NCBI RefSeq assembly: GCF_009914755.1
Contig: NC_060935.1
Strand: one strand, 5' to 3'
Source of the DNA: the human T2T-CHM13v2.0 reference genome, Homo sapiens
DNA: 64,000 bases
A program made the translations under genes and the position numbers. The notes under the pieces are model-generated. The model searched no databases. It was not told where the DNA came from and saw nothing but the letters and a program-made list of their open reading frames with translations. The first letter of the stretch is position 1. Every line of letters begins with the position of its first letter. Positions 1 through 13,602 of the stretch are shown here, in pieces.

Positions 1-215
1 CACCATCATCACCACCAGCACCACCAACACCATCATCACCACCACCACCATCACCACCACCATCCCCATCATCACCACCACCACCACCAGCCTCATCATC
101 ACAACCACCATTGTCATCATTATCACCACCACTGTCATCACCACCACCACCATTGTCATCATTATCATCACCACCACCAACATCATCATCACTACCACTG
201 CGATTGTCATCATCA
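1..215. repeat. Degenerate (CAC/CAT)n trinucleotide repeat, truncated by the window start
   Basis: caccatcatcaccaccagcaccacc... over about 215 bp. Confidence 0.95.
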
Positions 216-224
216 TAGCAGCCT

Positions 225-450
225 CCATTTATTAAGCTTTTACCATGAGCCTTATACCATGTTAAGTGTGTCATATATATTTTCTCTTTTAACCCTACAA
301 AATAGATACTTTTTATTAGTCCCAATTTTATACTTGAAGAAACTGAGGCTCAGGGTGACTGACTGACTTATCCTTGAACAAACAGTAATGACAGAGCTGG
401 TTTTGGACCCAGAGAGATCTACCTCTAAAGTCTAAGTTCTTAACCATTAC
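225..450 (-). mobile_element. MIR SINE
   Basis: MIR core gaaactgaggctcag...tgactta, preceded by catttattaagc. Confidence 0.75.
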
Positions 451-457
451 AACAAAT

Positions 458-597
458 TATGCATCAGAATCACCTTGGAAATGCAATAAAAACACAGATT
501 TTTAAACTCTACCTCACAAGAGTCTAGTTGGGTAGGCCTATGACAGGCCCCGGGAACTGATGCAGTTGTCAAGCACCCAAGGTGATTCTAATGAAGC
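458..597. mobile_element. MER5-like hAT-Charlie fossil
   Basis: atgcatcagaatcacc ... ggtgattctaatg internal palindrome typical of MER5. Confidence 0.65.
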
Positions 598-949
598 CCT
601 ACGGCCGTGGAGGCCCTGTCATGTCTGCCTCCTGCTTCTGGGTCCCAGCATCTGAGAGGCTCCGATCAGCCCTCCTTAGAGTCCAGTGGAGTTCTTTCTA
701 GGAGATCGTAATTATGCTGGGCCCTGAGGCCAGGTCACCCTTCTTGGAAGACGAGGCAGTAAAAGGAAAGAGTCTCAGACAGAGAGGAGCCCAGAGTCCT
801 GCTGCTGACTCTCAGAAAGGCCTCGTATCTCTGGGGCAGAGCTGCATTGTCTGTAAGCAATAACAGCTACCATTTTGTATAATTTCTCAAATGAGAGCAG
901 GGTTAGGTAGGCAGCCAGAAATTTCGGGGATGGCATTTCACAAAATGGT

Positions 950-1430
950 CATTTTATTCATCTAACAAGTCATATATTGAGCATGCACTGTGTATCAGGT
1001 ACCATGCTGGGCCTGGGGGAAAGGAAGCTGAAAAAGATTCAGCCCCTGCACAGAGAGAGTGCTCATGGTCTGTCCAGGGAGCCTGACATAGAAAACCGTA
1101 AGTGCAAATGTGGGTTATTACACTCAGATCGTGCCCTCAGGCTCCTAATTCCCTGAATAGGTGAAGCTGCCAGCCTGTGGAGAAATTGTCAGGCAGACTT
1201 TTCTCTGAGCCCCAATGTGCTTGAGGGATGTGAAGTGAAGAACATTCATTCATTCTTTCAAGACATCTTTGTTGATTGCCTATTATGTGCCAGACTGTCT
1301 TCTAGGTATAAGTTTTTTAAGATGGAGAAAGTGGCTGCTTTTGTGGAGCCTGTATTCTAGTAGGGGACAGGCAGTGGGCAAACAAATATATATGTGACAT
1401 AGTGTCAGGAGTGGTAAGTGGAAAAAGAAA
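950..1430 (+). mobile_element. L2 3' fragments (two)
   Basis: attcattcattc...tattgagc...tgtgccag...tctagtagggga L2 terminus motifs. Confidence 0.6.
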
Positions 1431-2679
1431 ACGGGGAAAGGAGAAGGGGGTGGAGATGATTACAGCGGAGGAACAGTTAGGAGAACATGATGCTCACTCC
1501 ACAGAAAGCCTGATCCCAGACTTTGAAACACTCCCCTTAGACCTCAGTCCTGCTTTGTGAGTGCTCTGGGGAAAGAGCCCACTTCCAGCACCCTCCATCA
1601 AGAGACACCTGCAGTGGCAGAGCTGGCTGGTAGCCCTGATCCCACTCTCCACTTGAAGGACAGCTGATTAGGCTCCAAGTACCTCTTCACCTTTATTCTG
1701 CTTCTCCAGCAGCCGCTGCTCAGGCTAGCTTGTGCTAGCCCTGAGGCCAGAGGACTGCCTGAGTCATTAAGAAACAGCGTCATCAGCCCCCAGGGCTCAT
1801 CCTTCAGCCCCCAACCCAGGCCAGCAAGGGACCGTGCCCTGAGGCATCCTCCACAGCGGCTGCAGTTTCTTTGGCAGCAGCACACATAAGCGGGCAGGAC
1901 AGGCTTCTCAAATGTAGACGTGCACCAGGATGACCGAGAGTGCTTCATAAAAGTTGGACATTCCCAGGCCTCACAGCTATGAATTCCAGTTTAGTAAAAC
2001 TGGATGTATTCCAGGAATCCGCATAATTTTAACCAGCTCCGAGATAGATGATTACAGTGCAGGTGGTCCACAGACTACCCTTTGACAAATACTGTCCTAG
2101 TAGAAGAGTGTTCGTGAACTGCAGCCTCTTCACAGAGATTTTTTTCTTGACCTCTCCACATCCTACCCCCATCTTTTTGAGCCAGTGTTGGATGGAATCT
2201 GCTTCAGAAGTGACCATTAAAGAGGATGTGCTTTGACCTTCGGCTACTCTAAGGGACACATACTCTTGATTGGACTTGTGAAGTGGATGGTGATCATTCT
2301 CTTTATGCCCCGCCCCCCCCCTTTTTTCAACAAATCTAGTGAGTGTCCTGCTGCTTCCCTGTCTGGTTTAGGTGCTGTGAGTACCAAGCAAAAACTGTGC
2401 GTGATGTATCAGGGACACAGATGTAGCTTCGCAGCTTTGGTCCCCAGGTCCCATCCCAATCACCGCCCGATCTTTGCCTCTTGACAGGTGTCCTTCCCCT
2501 GCTTATTACAAGATGAAGAAATGGTTTAGGGAGTGATAATTAATTGGGCCTCTCTTCCAGGTGGAAGGAATGTCAATATCTCTGCGCAAATATTCTCCCA
2601 ATTCCATTCAAGGTGATGCTGGGCAGGGGAGGAGAAAGTGACAAGGAACAGGGGAAATAACATCTTTTGAGTACTTTTT

Positions 2680-2880
2680 GCATACCAGACACCACATGCG
2701 CACTTTGCACAAATCACTTCCAATCTTGACGACAGCCCTTCAAGGCAGATAAATTCCCATTTCACCAATAAGAATATGGGAGCTCAGGGAGCGGAAGGAA
2801 CTTGGTCCCGCTATTAGCAAGGACTTCAGACAGAGCTGGAATTTATGCTCAGGCTTGTCCAATGGCAAAGCCCGTGCTCT
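2680..2880 (-). mobile_element. MIR
   Basis: cccattt...gctcagggagcggaaggaacttggtc. Confidence 0.55.
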
Positions 2881-4254
2881 CGGATCCCCCACTCCTGGCT
2901 ATTCCTCACTTTCCTGGAATCCCTAAAACCCCAAATCAAACCCCTTCAGCCAGGTCTGTTGGTCTGCTGCCACCTGCTGCAAACCAGGACAGTGCCTGGG
3001 TCCTCATGACCAGCTGGGCTGGGCGTTCCTTAAGAATGGCATCTTCTCATTGGGGCTTGGTTTCATTCTCTCTCTTCCTGTCTGGATGAGTGACTATTTA
3101 AAGCTGGTTTTGATTGTTTAGAAAGCCCCACGCAGCGACCTGCTGGGTTGCAATTGGTAAAACGTCTGAACCAAATACCACATTCTCTGCCGGTGGCTGA
3201 TTAAAGGATTATTACCATTTTAAAAATAGTCTATCAGAACTCAGGATTGTTTTCTACTATTTTAAAAATGACTATTTTGATTCTGTTCGGAGAGGGTTTT
3301 CAGTCTTGGGACTGACCTTGTGGAGCTTCTACTGGAGATTGCAGGGTCAGGGACAATTCCCTGTTGTGCCCTGTCAGTGACATTTCTGAACCTGGACCAT
3401 CGCCCAGTTATTGGCTTATGGGCATAGAAGTTGACAGTATTGTTTCAGCTCCACCCTCCAGTTTTTGCACATGCGAGATCTCTGCTGTCCATCTCATATC
3501 CTCCCTTTTCATGACACGGAAGATGGCCTGGACAGTATTAGGAAAGTATAGTCTCCCTTCCTGATTTGGGAGAAATCTTTGGAAGAGGCTGGGAAAGAAG
3601 GAAGCACAACATCATAAGGCCCTTAATATCCTTCGTTTAACTTGGTCTAAAGATCAGAGATTCTGAGCAGCCCCCAAGCAACTTTGTTAGTGCTGTAATA
3701 AGATGAGCGTATCTTTCATCTGAGGATTGGAAATGGCTTGACAGGCTCTAATTAAGCCTTTGAGGTTTGCTATTCCTAGTTAAAGATGCAGATCTAAACT
3801 TTTTCTGTTGGCTCACTGTGTATCACTACGTGGATACCTCAGTTTCATTTCTCTGAGCAATGGAGGTCGTAACCTCCCAGCGTTTGACCTGGGTGAACCC
3901 AAGAATTATCCAAACTAGAATTGCATGGCACAGTCTTGTCCTTGCCTGTGGTTACATAGAAAGCCGGCTCTACTGACATAGTAGCTAACATTTGTTGTCA
4001 CCTACATGATGTGCTGTGCTGAGTGGTGTAAGTATGTATTTAAAATTTTTCATCATTTCGTCAACCCTGCAGGAGAGCTATTCTGTCAGCTTGTAGGTGA
4101 AGGAATTGAGACACAGAGAGAGAAGAAGTCATGTATCTACATTCATACAGCCAGTAAGTGCCAGATTGAAGAACTGGGTCTGAGTACAAGTCCAAGTACA
4201 AGTACAAGGCAGGACTGGGTCTGCCTTCAAAGTCCAAGGTCTTTCCACTATGCA

Positions 4255-4890
4255 GAGTTGTCCCAGCCCATGTTGGAAGGGACCTTCAAGCCTTTCATGG
4301 ATTCCTCCAACCCAGTGTAAGAACGTTTCTCCATTGTTCCCCTGAAAGAGATGACCGCCCAGCCTCTCCTTGAGCATGTCCTGGGCTGAGGAATTCACTG
4401 CCTCTCAAGGGACACATTCCAAATACTTCCAGGCACTGGGTCAAAATCTGCCTCCTAATTCTGCCATAATAGGAATAGTCTGCTTCCTCTTTCTTACCAG
4501 CTCTTCAAATATTTTTTAAAAGTTTGATTTTACTTCATTCACTTACTCTTTCATGCCTGAATTTAGCATAGAATTTTTGAGCACCTTCTCTGTGTCAGGG
4601 GCCGGGAATGTAAGATTCATGAATCATGGTTCCCTCAAGAGCTCATAATCTTTTGGGGAAGGCAAAAACTGCAGCCAGGTCTTACTGTACAGGGCTGGTA
4701 TTGTCATGCTCTTCCATTTTTTCCTTTCTCAGGCAGCGGTTCCCAACATGACGTGGCTGCCACATCTCTCACCACTAGTGCTTTTCAGTTCGTCTAGGTT
4801 GTCTATTAAAACACAAGGCCCAGATTGAACACCACACTCCAGATGGGGCTGAACAGCACAGAGCTGAGAGCACTGGAGGATTATGAATTT
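4255..4890. mobile_element. L3/CR1 LINE fragments (with a small L2 piece)
   Basis: ttggaagggaccttcaag...ctcactgcctctcaagg and gcccagattgaacaccacactccagatgggg resemble CR1/L3. Confidence 0.5.
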
Positions 4891-7800
4891 CCTCAAACTG
4901 AACGCCAAATTTCTATTTGCCACATTAGCTTGCTTGCTGGAATTTGTTTTCCAATTTTTTTATTCATTCTGAACTCTGGGCCTTGGGATCAATTAATTAT
5001 TCCACTTGCCTTTCTCCCACCAGGTACACAGGTTTCTTTTCATGTGAACTTTTCTAGAAATTAGACCTGAGCCACACTTTCCTTAGACCATGGATTTATT
5101 TCACTCTGCTCCTACAGAGCTGGAGAAACTGGCCAGGCAATGAGGAGAGGGCCAGTAATAAGCCTTGTGAGCTGACAGCCAGACTTTTGTTTTCCAAAGC
5201 TTATATCAACCCAGCTTTCAAGGGGCTGGCTCTCTGGAATGATTTGAGTTCTAACCCAAGGAGGAGGATGGATGAGATGGCTTTCCTGAGTCACCCTTGC
5301 GAACCAAGAACTCAGGGATCCAGTGTCATCTTTAGAAGGCTCAGAGAATTCAACCCAACTCCTTGAAATTCCTGCAGGTCCCACCTTTTGCTAGGAGGTC
5401 AGGCTGCCTCTCTTTAATCTCCTCTCCTGCCATCTTGCCTGACACAAGCCCACACAGAGGCAGCTCTGCCCCCTTTCCGGGGGAGTTGGGATCCTCCTGC
5501 GTTGGCAGCAGTGGAACTTGCTTTGCTGCACTCCTGAGTCATGTAAAGGCAGCTGCATTTCTTATCGTGGCCCTGTGCAGCTGAGAACTCTGGAAAATAG
5601 CTTCTGTTGCTCTGGTGGGAATTTTAGCAGACCTGCTTCTCTGGTGGGAGCCACTCCTGTCCCCATATCTAGGCCCTTCCTCCATTTCAAAAGCAAACAA
5701 ACCTAGAACAACAGAAAACCATCAAAGCGCCCTGCCTGTCAGATGACATTCTGCACTGACATTGCCTTCACATGGCATGGAAGAATAGTGAGGGGCATTT
5801 CATGCTCTCCATGGAGAGGTACCCCCGGCATCTGTGCCCTTGACCCCAGCCCCTCTTACTATGAGCTGACCCCATCATAGCTCCAGCCCCTCCTGTGCTA
5901 AGGAGAAGGGCTATTAAGGCTCAGACAGGTTGAGGGGGGTGGGAGGGGGAAGGCAGCTCTGAGAGTACTGTGATTGCTACTGTCTAATACATTTTCAATT
6001 TGAGGAAGGAATTTACCATAAATATGCAGATCCTTTGAAGCTGCTTCTGCCGGAGCCTGGCTCAGAGTGCTGGAGCCAGGTTTGATTGCTGGGAATCAGC
6101 AGCCTTGAGTGCCAGCTCTCCGTCTGGGGAACAGACCTCCGTGGGCCAGCTGAGGAGGCTGCTTGACAGGCGATTTCCCCCAGAACCAGTGGGAGTGACT
6201 TTGCCTTTGATGAGGAAACTTCGAGACGGCAGATCCGGGTGGAGGGAGCAGAAAAAGAGATGGGTGGCTGGGGGGCTGCTTTGAAGGTTACTGAGAAGTC
6301 ACTTATTTCTTCTTTTTAATTAAGGGGAATTGGAATGAGGTTTAAAATAGTTGACAACATCTCATAGAATGTCAAAAATTCTTAAGAGTTGGAGGTCAGC
6401 GAGTCCATCTTTCCTACCAGAGAACACATCAGTGAGAGTATCATTCCTGGGCTTAAAACCCCTTGGCGGCCCCCATTTGCTTTCAGGATGACAGGTGCTG
6501 GGTGCTGCATACCTTTGAGTCCCCTCGTCTGCACTGGCCCTTCTGAGGCTCTGCCCCAGCAATACCAGATGCTGTGATGGTCAGGCATGCCAGGCTCTCT
6601 CGCATGCCCTTGCCAGTGCACCCGTACCCACTCCCATTTCTCACCTGGCTACTCCTACTCACGTCTCCAAAACTCAGCTCAGTGAGGCTTCCCTAATCCC
6701 CAGCTCCTGCAAGCACCGGTCCAGTGCTCCGTTTATGTGCTCCCTCTACTGTAGCCTTTTCACACTATTATTCAGTGCTGGGGGCTCCCTGAGCCAGCTG
6801 AGAGTGGTGCTCAGTGCAGGCTTGGAGAGCGAATACGGAGCGAACGAGGGACTGGTGTGTGCACAGCCCACCTCCCTGGGCCCCGGGGAGGTGTGCAGGG
6901 GGCACACAGATGTGCTGTCCGGGCCTAAGGAGCTCATAGCCAACAGGGACACCAGAGCCCTGGGGACCTGAGGATTTTGTCATGAGAGTTCTCTAAAGCT
7001 ACTGTTCACCAAGTTGTTCAAGAGAGATTTCCTATGACAAACCTCCCCGCTGACAACTGGAATTTGAAAATTGAAGCAGAAGGCCCCTCCAATCACTGAT
7101 ATCTTTCCCCTTTCCATTCCTTTCCATCCTCCAAGAACAGTGCTCCCCTACTTCACTAAAAGGCTCTGAAATACTTTCTCCTGTGAGTGAATCAGGCTCT
7201 CCTGTCCACCCCAGGGACAACGGTCAAGGGGCAGATGAGCTGGCTTTGGCAGGATGTAACCTGAAGGGTGTTTTCTCTCCTGCCTTCCTGGCCCATGTAA
7301 GTCTGGTTCTTTCTCCCAAAGCACAGGGACTTCCTGCTTATCAGCTTTGATGGAAAATTCACTGACTGCAGAAGCTTATTCACACATCAGCCGGCAAACA
7401 AATTAGAGCTACTTAAATTTTCAAGCTGGGGGCTGCTTTTGGGCAGAAGAGCAGGGTTTTAAAGTGCTGCATTTTAAATGTATTTCTTATAATGTGCCCC
7501 ATCACGCTTCTGCCTGAGATCAGTCTGGGGAAGTTTGCCAGTTCCCAGTGACTCTTTTCCGTGCCTCTTCAGCCAGCTCATGCCTGGAAGAGCTGGAAGA
7601 GGCGGACCTGCTAATTCGGTCTCAGGAAGCAGCCTGCGTCAGTCAGCTCTGATGGGAGGTGGGCCAGGCCACCGGCCAGAGGTGTGGGGTTTGCAGGCAG
7701 GCAGGCCTGGGGAAAGAACAAAGGTGGATCCAGGGAGGTGAGGGAGCCACATGCAGCAGCAGGCAGCGTGGGGCACTGGGAAGGGCATAAGGCTTCATGG

Positions 7801-9083
7801 TCAAAGGCTCAGGGAAGAGTCCCAGCTCTCCCAGTTTCTGTTCTAGCATTCTGTTTCTCAATTTCCTCCTCAGTCAAGCAGGGATGGTGATCATCATCAT
7901 ATCTGCTTTATGTGCATCATAAAATTATTGTGAGAGCAAAATGAAACATTGTTTATAGCTGTGCTTTGAGGATTCTACTATATTTGCAAATTTTAGTTCT
8001 GTCATCTCACACAGAGATGACTATCTATGTATCTGTCTATCTTTGTGTGCCGTATTCCCGGAGTCTCGCTTCTAGGCTGGCTCAGGGCAGAGAGAAGAAC
8101 AAAACGGGGGTGAGCGAGACGCCCAGGGCCAGGTCACTCTGGCTGTAACCACGCAAAGACCGGCCCATGCCAGCCAGGCGGGGTGCACACCAGCTGTACC
8201 AGGCTGGCCACTCAGGGCTTCAGGATGGCCTCCCCACAGCCTCTCCCTCTCCTGCCTCTCTCCTTCCTCCACCCCTGACCCCTCCTTTTTCCACTCTCTA
8301 ATGTGGCAGCCTCACTGGTTCCACTTGGCAGTGGCTCTGGTTTTGTGTGAAGCTGAGGGAAGCAGAAGCTATGGTCCCACTCCTATGAGAATCCCAGCAC
8401 CCCAAAGGCCTGCCCGACAGAGCGCTGCTCAGACAAGAGCTGCCGACACCCTCAAAACTAAAATTTCCCCATCCAGCCAGAGCGCTGCAAGGCCCGGGCA
8501 CATGCTAGCTGCCTGCTGTGAGCCAGCTTCCAGCTAGGGGCAGAGCCGGGCCATGCTCAGGCCATCGCAGAAAGCTCAGAAGTTGCATCCTCCCCTGCCC
8601 TCCAGCATGCTACTGACTTCAGTGTCCTGAGTTCCAGAAGGACGGCAAGTAACCGGCTTCCTTCCACCCGGGTGCTTCATTAAAACCGTGAGTTCAATTG
8701 GCATCTGCCACTCAGAGCGCAAAGTTGTGTTATTAATACAACCAGCTTTCCCAAGGTACTTCTCCACCTGGTGCGTTTAACAAATGAAGCCAGGCATGGC
8801 CTGCCTGTGTCATGTTCTTTGGCAGTAAATCTCCAGCATGCCTGAGCTCTCTGATAAATTCTTTCCTCGGCAGCTAATTCAAAACACCTTCTAGCTTCCT
8901 GGAGGTGAGAGAGGGGTATGCAGATGAGTCCTCGTGTTGACTGATCCTGCCATGCACTCCGCACACGGCAATTTGAGGAAGGCCAATTTGATCATCCCCA
9001 AAAATGTTTAGAAGTGAGTCTGTGAGATTTTCAACTATGCAAGAAAAGAAGAGGAAGTTGGGGTGTAGGCAACATAAATTCTT

Positions 9084-9382
<299 letters not shown>

Positions 9383-9758
9383 AGCAACAGAAATTCTTAA
9401 AATCACTTAGTACTTCTGTCCGAAAAGAAAGGAGATCTGAGCATCCTCACAGCTCGTCTCTGAAAATTTAACTTCAGAAACCATGAGCTAGGTGGGAAGT
9501 CTATTAAGTTCATACAAGCATCATACAGGGGTGGCATTTTTAGTCAGAGCTGACTAGGGTGGACTGAGCTCCACTCCTGCCCTATTATTTTCGCCGTCAC
9601 TGGAATCTCTGAGAACAGCCAATGTGGTTTTATTCTCTTTGGCAAGAGGAGTGGTGAGGGCTAGACCAAATTCTGCTTCTTATGCCAGACGTTGGGGATT
9701 AGGGATGGAAGTCTGGGCAGGTCTTGGCACAAGCTACACATTCGAGAGCAGACAAGTA

Positions 9759-10385
9759 CGGTTGATCCTCATTATTTGTGGATTCCATGTTTGCAAATTC
9801 AACTACTTGCTAAAATCTATTTGTAACCCCCAAATCAATACAGTGCTTTTGCAGACATGTACAGAGCAGCAAAAAATTGGAATCACTGATGTGCACGTTC
9901 CCAGCTGAGGCTGAACAAGGCTGCACCGTGTCTTCTTGTTTCAGCTCTCATACTGTAAACAAGTGTCCTTCTCACAGTCCACTTCATGTCACATCTTGTC
10001 TATTTTTGTGCTTTTTCTTGGTAATGTTTCTGTTTAAAATGACCCCTAAGCATAGTGCTGAAGTGCTATCTCGTGTTCCTACCTACAAGAACCAGTGATA
10101 TGCCTTCCAGAGAAAGCATGTGTGTTAGGTAAGCTGCATTCTGGCTGAGTGAGCGTGCTGTTGTTTAATGTTAACGCATCAACAGCATATATTAAGCGAG
10201 GTGCCTGCAAACAGCAACACATGTAAAACAAAGTGATTGATTGATTGAAGAAAGCACCATGACCAGAGGCTCACAGGAACCTAGCCCTGTATTTCCCATA
10301 GGAACAAAAATGGTTCGGTATTCCCTAATTCAGTGTTTGTGGCAACTTTATAGAACAGAACTACCACGAATAATGGAATCACCTG
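9759..10385. mobile_element. MER82 (TcMar-Tigger) DNA transposon, near complete
   Basis: TIRs cggttgatcctcattatttgtgg / ccacgaataatggaatcacctg, each flanked by a TA target duplication; internal cccagctgaggctgaacaagg. Confidence 0.85.
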
Positions 10386-11259
10386 TAGTGAGTTTCAGCC
10401 AAGAGAGAAGACCAGGAATGAGCAAATGTATGAGTAGCTGAAGTTTTCCTACAGTGGCCCTTTCTCTGCGTTCACTGCCCCGTACTCCTGCTCTCCTGTT
10501 TTCTCACAAAGAGCAAGGACTTCATCTCCTGTTGATGTCCTGCCTTTCTCCTGGTTCCCCTGATGCAGAAGTAGAATCCAGATCTTATATTCCTGCGGTC
10601 AAAAAGAATACTAAAGGGCTTCTAGACCAGCACTCTAATTGGCTGCTTGGATTCTTGCAAATGGATCATCATAGAGTCTGTTTGAATGCCTCCAGTGTCA
10701 AGGAACTCATCACCTACAGGAACAGTATATTCCATCTTGGAAAGCTCTCATTCTTGGAAAGTTCTTCTATCTATTGGGCAGAAATCTTCCTTTCTAAAGC
10801 CTCTTTCCTTTTTCCTTAGTTGTGTTTCTTGGGTTCACACATCTATTCCACCCTTCCTGTTTCTACCTTCATTTCGTTCAGCTCAGAGAGGGCTGTTTTG
10901 TGGCAGATTGGAGAGGAGCCTTCCTTGTATCCCTCACATCAGTGGCCACCTGCCTCACCTTCATGCCAGGGAAGCAGTGCTGCCCGTGGCCTCCTACCGT
11001 CACCTGTCTGAGACCTTCTGGGGTTGCCTGCTCAGGAAACTGCTCAGACAAGAGTTGCTGACACTCACAAAAGTAAAAAAGAATAAGCCCATCTCTCTCA
11101 GGCTCTGCCCCAAGCCACTCTGCAAATTTACATCACTTTATAAATAAACCCAGCATTTTCAGGAATTCCTGTTTGAGCTGGAAGGGGCAAGCCTGTATCC
11201 TTCTTTTATAGGTAAGATAACTAAAGATAAAAAGAAATGACTTGCCCAAAAGAACTTTG

Positions 11260-11700
11260 TAATTCAATTCAACAGATATTTACTGAGTACCCTGTATAGG
11301 CCAGGCACTGCCCTGGAAGCTGGGGCCACAAACGGGAATTTATTCACGCATCCAGCCAATATGTAGTAAGTGCCAATTTCATGCTAGGTATTGGGCATAT
11401 GATAGTGAACAAGACAGAGTCTCTTCACTCTGGTACAGGAGAGGGGCGTGAAACAAATAATTACCTAAATAACTATATGATTACAAACGTGATGAGTGCT
11501 ACAAAGCAGTAGTTCAGGGCACTATGCACAAGTCTGTGATGTGGGTCTTGATGGAGACAAAAGACTGGGAGGGGCCTCCCTGAGGGGTGACATTCAGGCT
11601 GAAGCTTGGTGGGTGACTGGGAAACCCCAGGTGAAGGGGAGTGTGAGGAGCCTGAGTGGGACCACCCAGAGGCGGTTGTGGTGGATGGCAGAGCTGGTTG
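11260..11700 (+). mobile_element. L2 fragments
   Basis: caacagatatttactgagtac...ccaggcactg; gtgaacaagacag...gggaggggcctccctgagg. Confidence 0.6.
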
Positions 11701-11979
11701 GGAAGCCAGAACTCCCACTCTGCTTATTTCTCTGCCGCCTAGCCTCCCCTTCCTCAAGCTTTATTTACGTATCCTCTTCTAAATATGTAACTCAGAATCA
11801 AAGACAAGGGATAGCAAAGGCCACCTTCAAGGATATGGGGTCTCAGGCAGGAACGCTTGTGGCAAATGCCAATGGATAAAGGATAAGGATTCGAATGTTT
11901 ACTAAATGTTTAACTGTATAGTCCCAACCCAATAGAATTAATATCTATTAGTATTAGTATCTATATCTATCTAGTAGCA

Positions 11980-12190
11980 TAACAGACCTGCCTGGGTTTG
12001 AATCTGCATTAACTATGGAGCTTTGGGCAAGAAACCCAACCTCTCAGAGCCTCAGTTTTCTTATCTGTAAAACAAGGATGATGGCAGTATTTCCCTTGTG
12101 ATGTGGTTGGGAAGATTAGATGAGATGACAAATATAAAGCCTTTAGTCCAGTACTTGGCATATGGTAAGTGTTCAAAAGTCTTAGCTTGT
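11980..12190 (+). mobile_element. MIR
   Basis: ctgggtttgaatc...ttgggcaag...ctcagttttcttatctgtaaa. Confidence 0.75.
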
Positions 12191-12384
12191 ATAATTTTCT
12201 TATACTGTAGTTAGTCCTTCAGTTATAACAAGTGACCAGGACTAGGAGTTCATTGATGCAAAAGAATATATTTATTGAGAACCAGTTATGTTCCAGGTAC
12301 TCAGCTAAGGTCTGATGATAGAGTAGTGAACAGATAGAGTGTCCAGATCTCTTATGCCAGGCACTTGTACACTTCTTGAGCCTG

Positions 12385-12596
12385 ACTTACATTTGGGTTG
12401 CAAGTCAGGATGCACATAAACATCCATCTATATGTAACTGAAACCAAAGCTTGTGAAACAAGGTACCCCTGCTATGTGCATTACACCCTGATCTATTCTA
12501 GGTATAGATTTGCTTTTTAAAATGCATGTCTTGACCCACTGAATTGATTTCATAACCCACTAATGGGTTGCAACCCACAGTTTAACAAAATACTGC
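12385..12596. mobile_element. hAT-Charlie-type DNA transposon remnant
   Basis: gacccactgaattgatttcataacccactaatgggttgcaacccacagttt...atactg terminus. Confidence 0.5.
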
Positions 12597-13285
12597 CTTG
12601 GACCAACTGAGTTGCAGGCTTAATAAAGCCCAGTTAGAGTTCCCAGCCTTCCCTGGACTTGTTTTTGATCTCTTACCCTTGGCATTTACCATTGCTTTCT
12701 TTTGATCCTGAATTTTCAGCATTATTCTGCACAAGCATGTATTTGATGGTTCCCTCTGCTACTAGAATGCAGCCTTTGGCCAACTTCAGCATCTCCCTTT
12801 GTTCCCCAGATCACCCACTCCAGGACTCGGTTGGGCTCTTGCTTACTCATGACTCAGTCTCCTCTGTGAATGAAACTTTTATGATTGGAGATATTAGATT
12901 TAAATGCAGTAAGCGTTTACTCCCTCGTGCCAAGGTGTTCACCACGGAGGCTAATATTACAAACCTTTTTAGTTGGTTTTATTTCAAATACAGATCTATA
13001 TAATATAAGAGACTTTGAAACTCTAACAATCTCAGTTTATTCCTGGGATCCCTGGCCATAGTGTTTTCACCTGAATGTCACTTTTCCTGCCCATATGTCA
13101 GAATCACTTCTGTGCACTCAAGAAGCCACAAATACATTATTAATATGCATCTTTCCTAGTAAGAACTTCAACTTAGTACCCTGAACCTGAGAGTAAAAAA
13201 AAAAGAGTCATTGGTTATGGTTCATCTGACTTTGGATGTCCCTGGAGAACAAGGATCTGAAATAGAATAAAATAGAAAGAGCTTA

Positions 13286-13287
<2 letters not shown>

Positions 13288-13321
<34 letters not shown>

Positions 13322-13602
13322 AGATGGAGTTTTACTCTTGTTGGCCAGGCTGGAGTGCAATGGTATGATCTCAGCTCACTGCAACCTCTGACTCCTGGGT
13401 TCCAGTGATTCTCCTGCCTCAGCCTCCGGAGTAGTTATGATTACAGGCATGTGCCACTACTCCTGATTAATTTTCTGTTTTTAGTAGAGACAGGGTTTCA
13501 CCATGTTGGTCAGGCTGGTCTTGAACTCCTGACCTCAGGTAATCCGCCTGCCTTGGCCTACCAAAGTGCTGGGATTAGAGGCGTGAGTCACTGCACCCAG
13601 TC
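13288..13602 (-). mobile_element. AluS (Sq/Sx-like), antisense, about 31-T tail
   Basis: Full Alu; TSD agagctt(a/g)cattt at 13278-13290 and 13603-13615. Confidence 0.95.
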
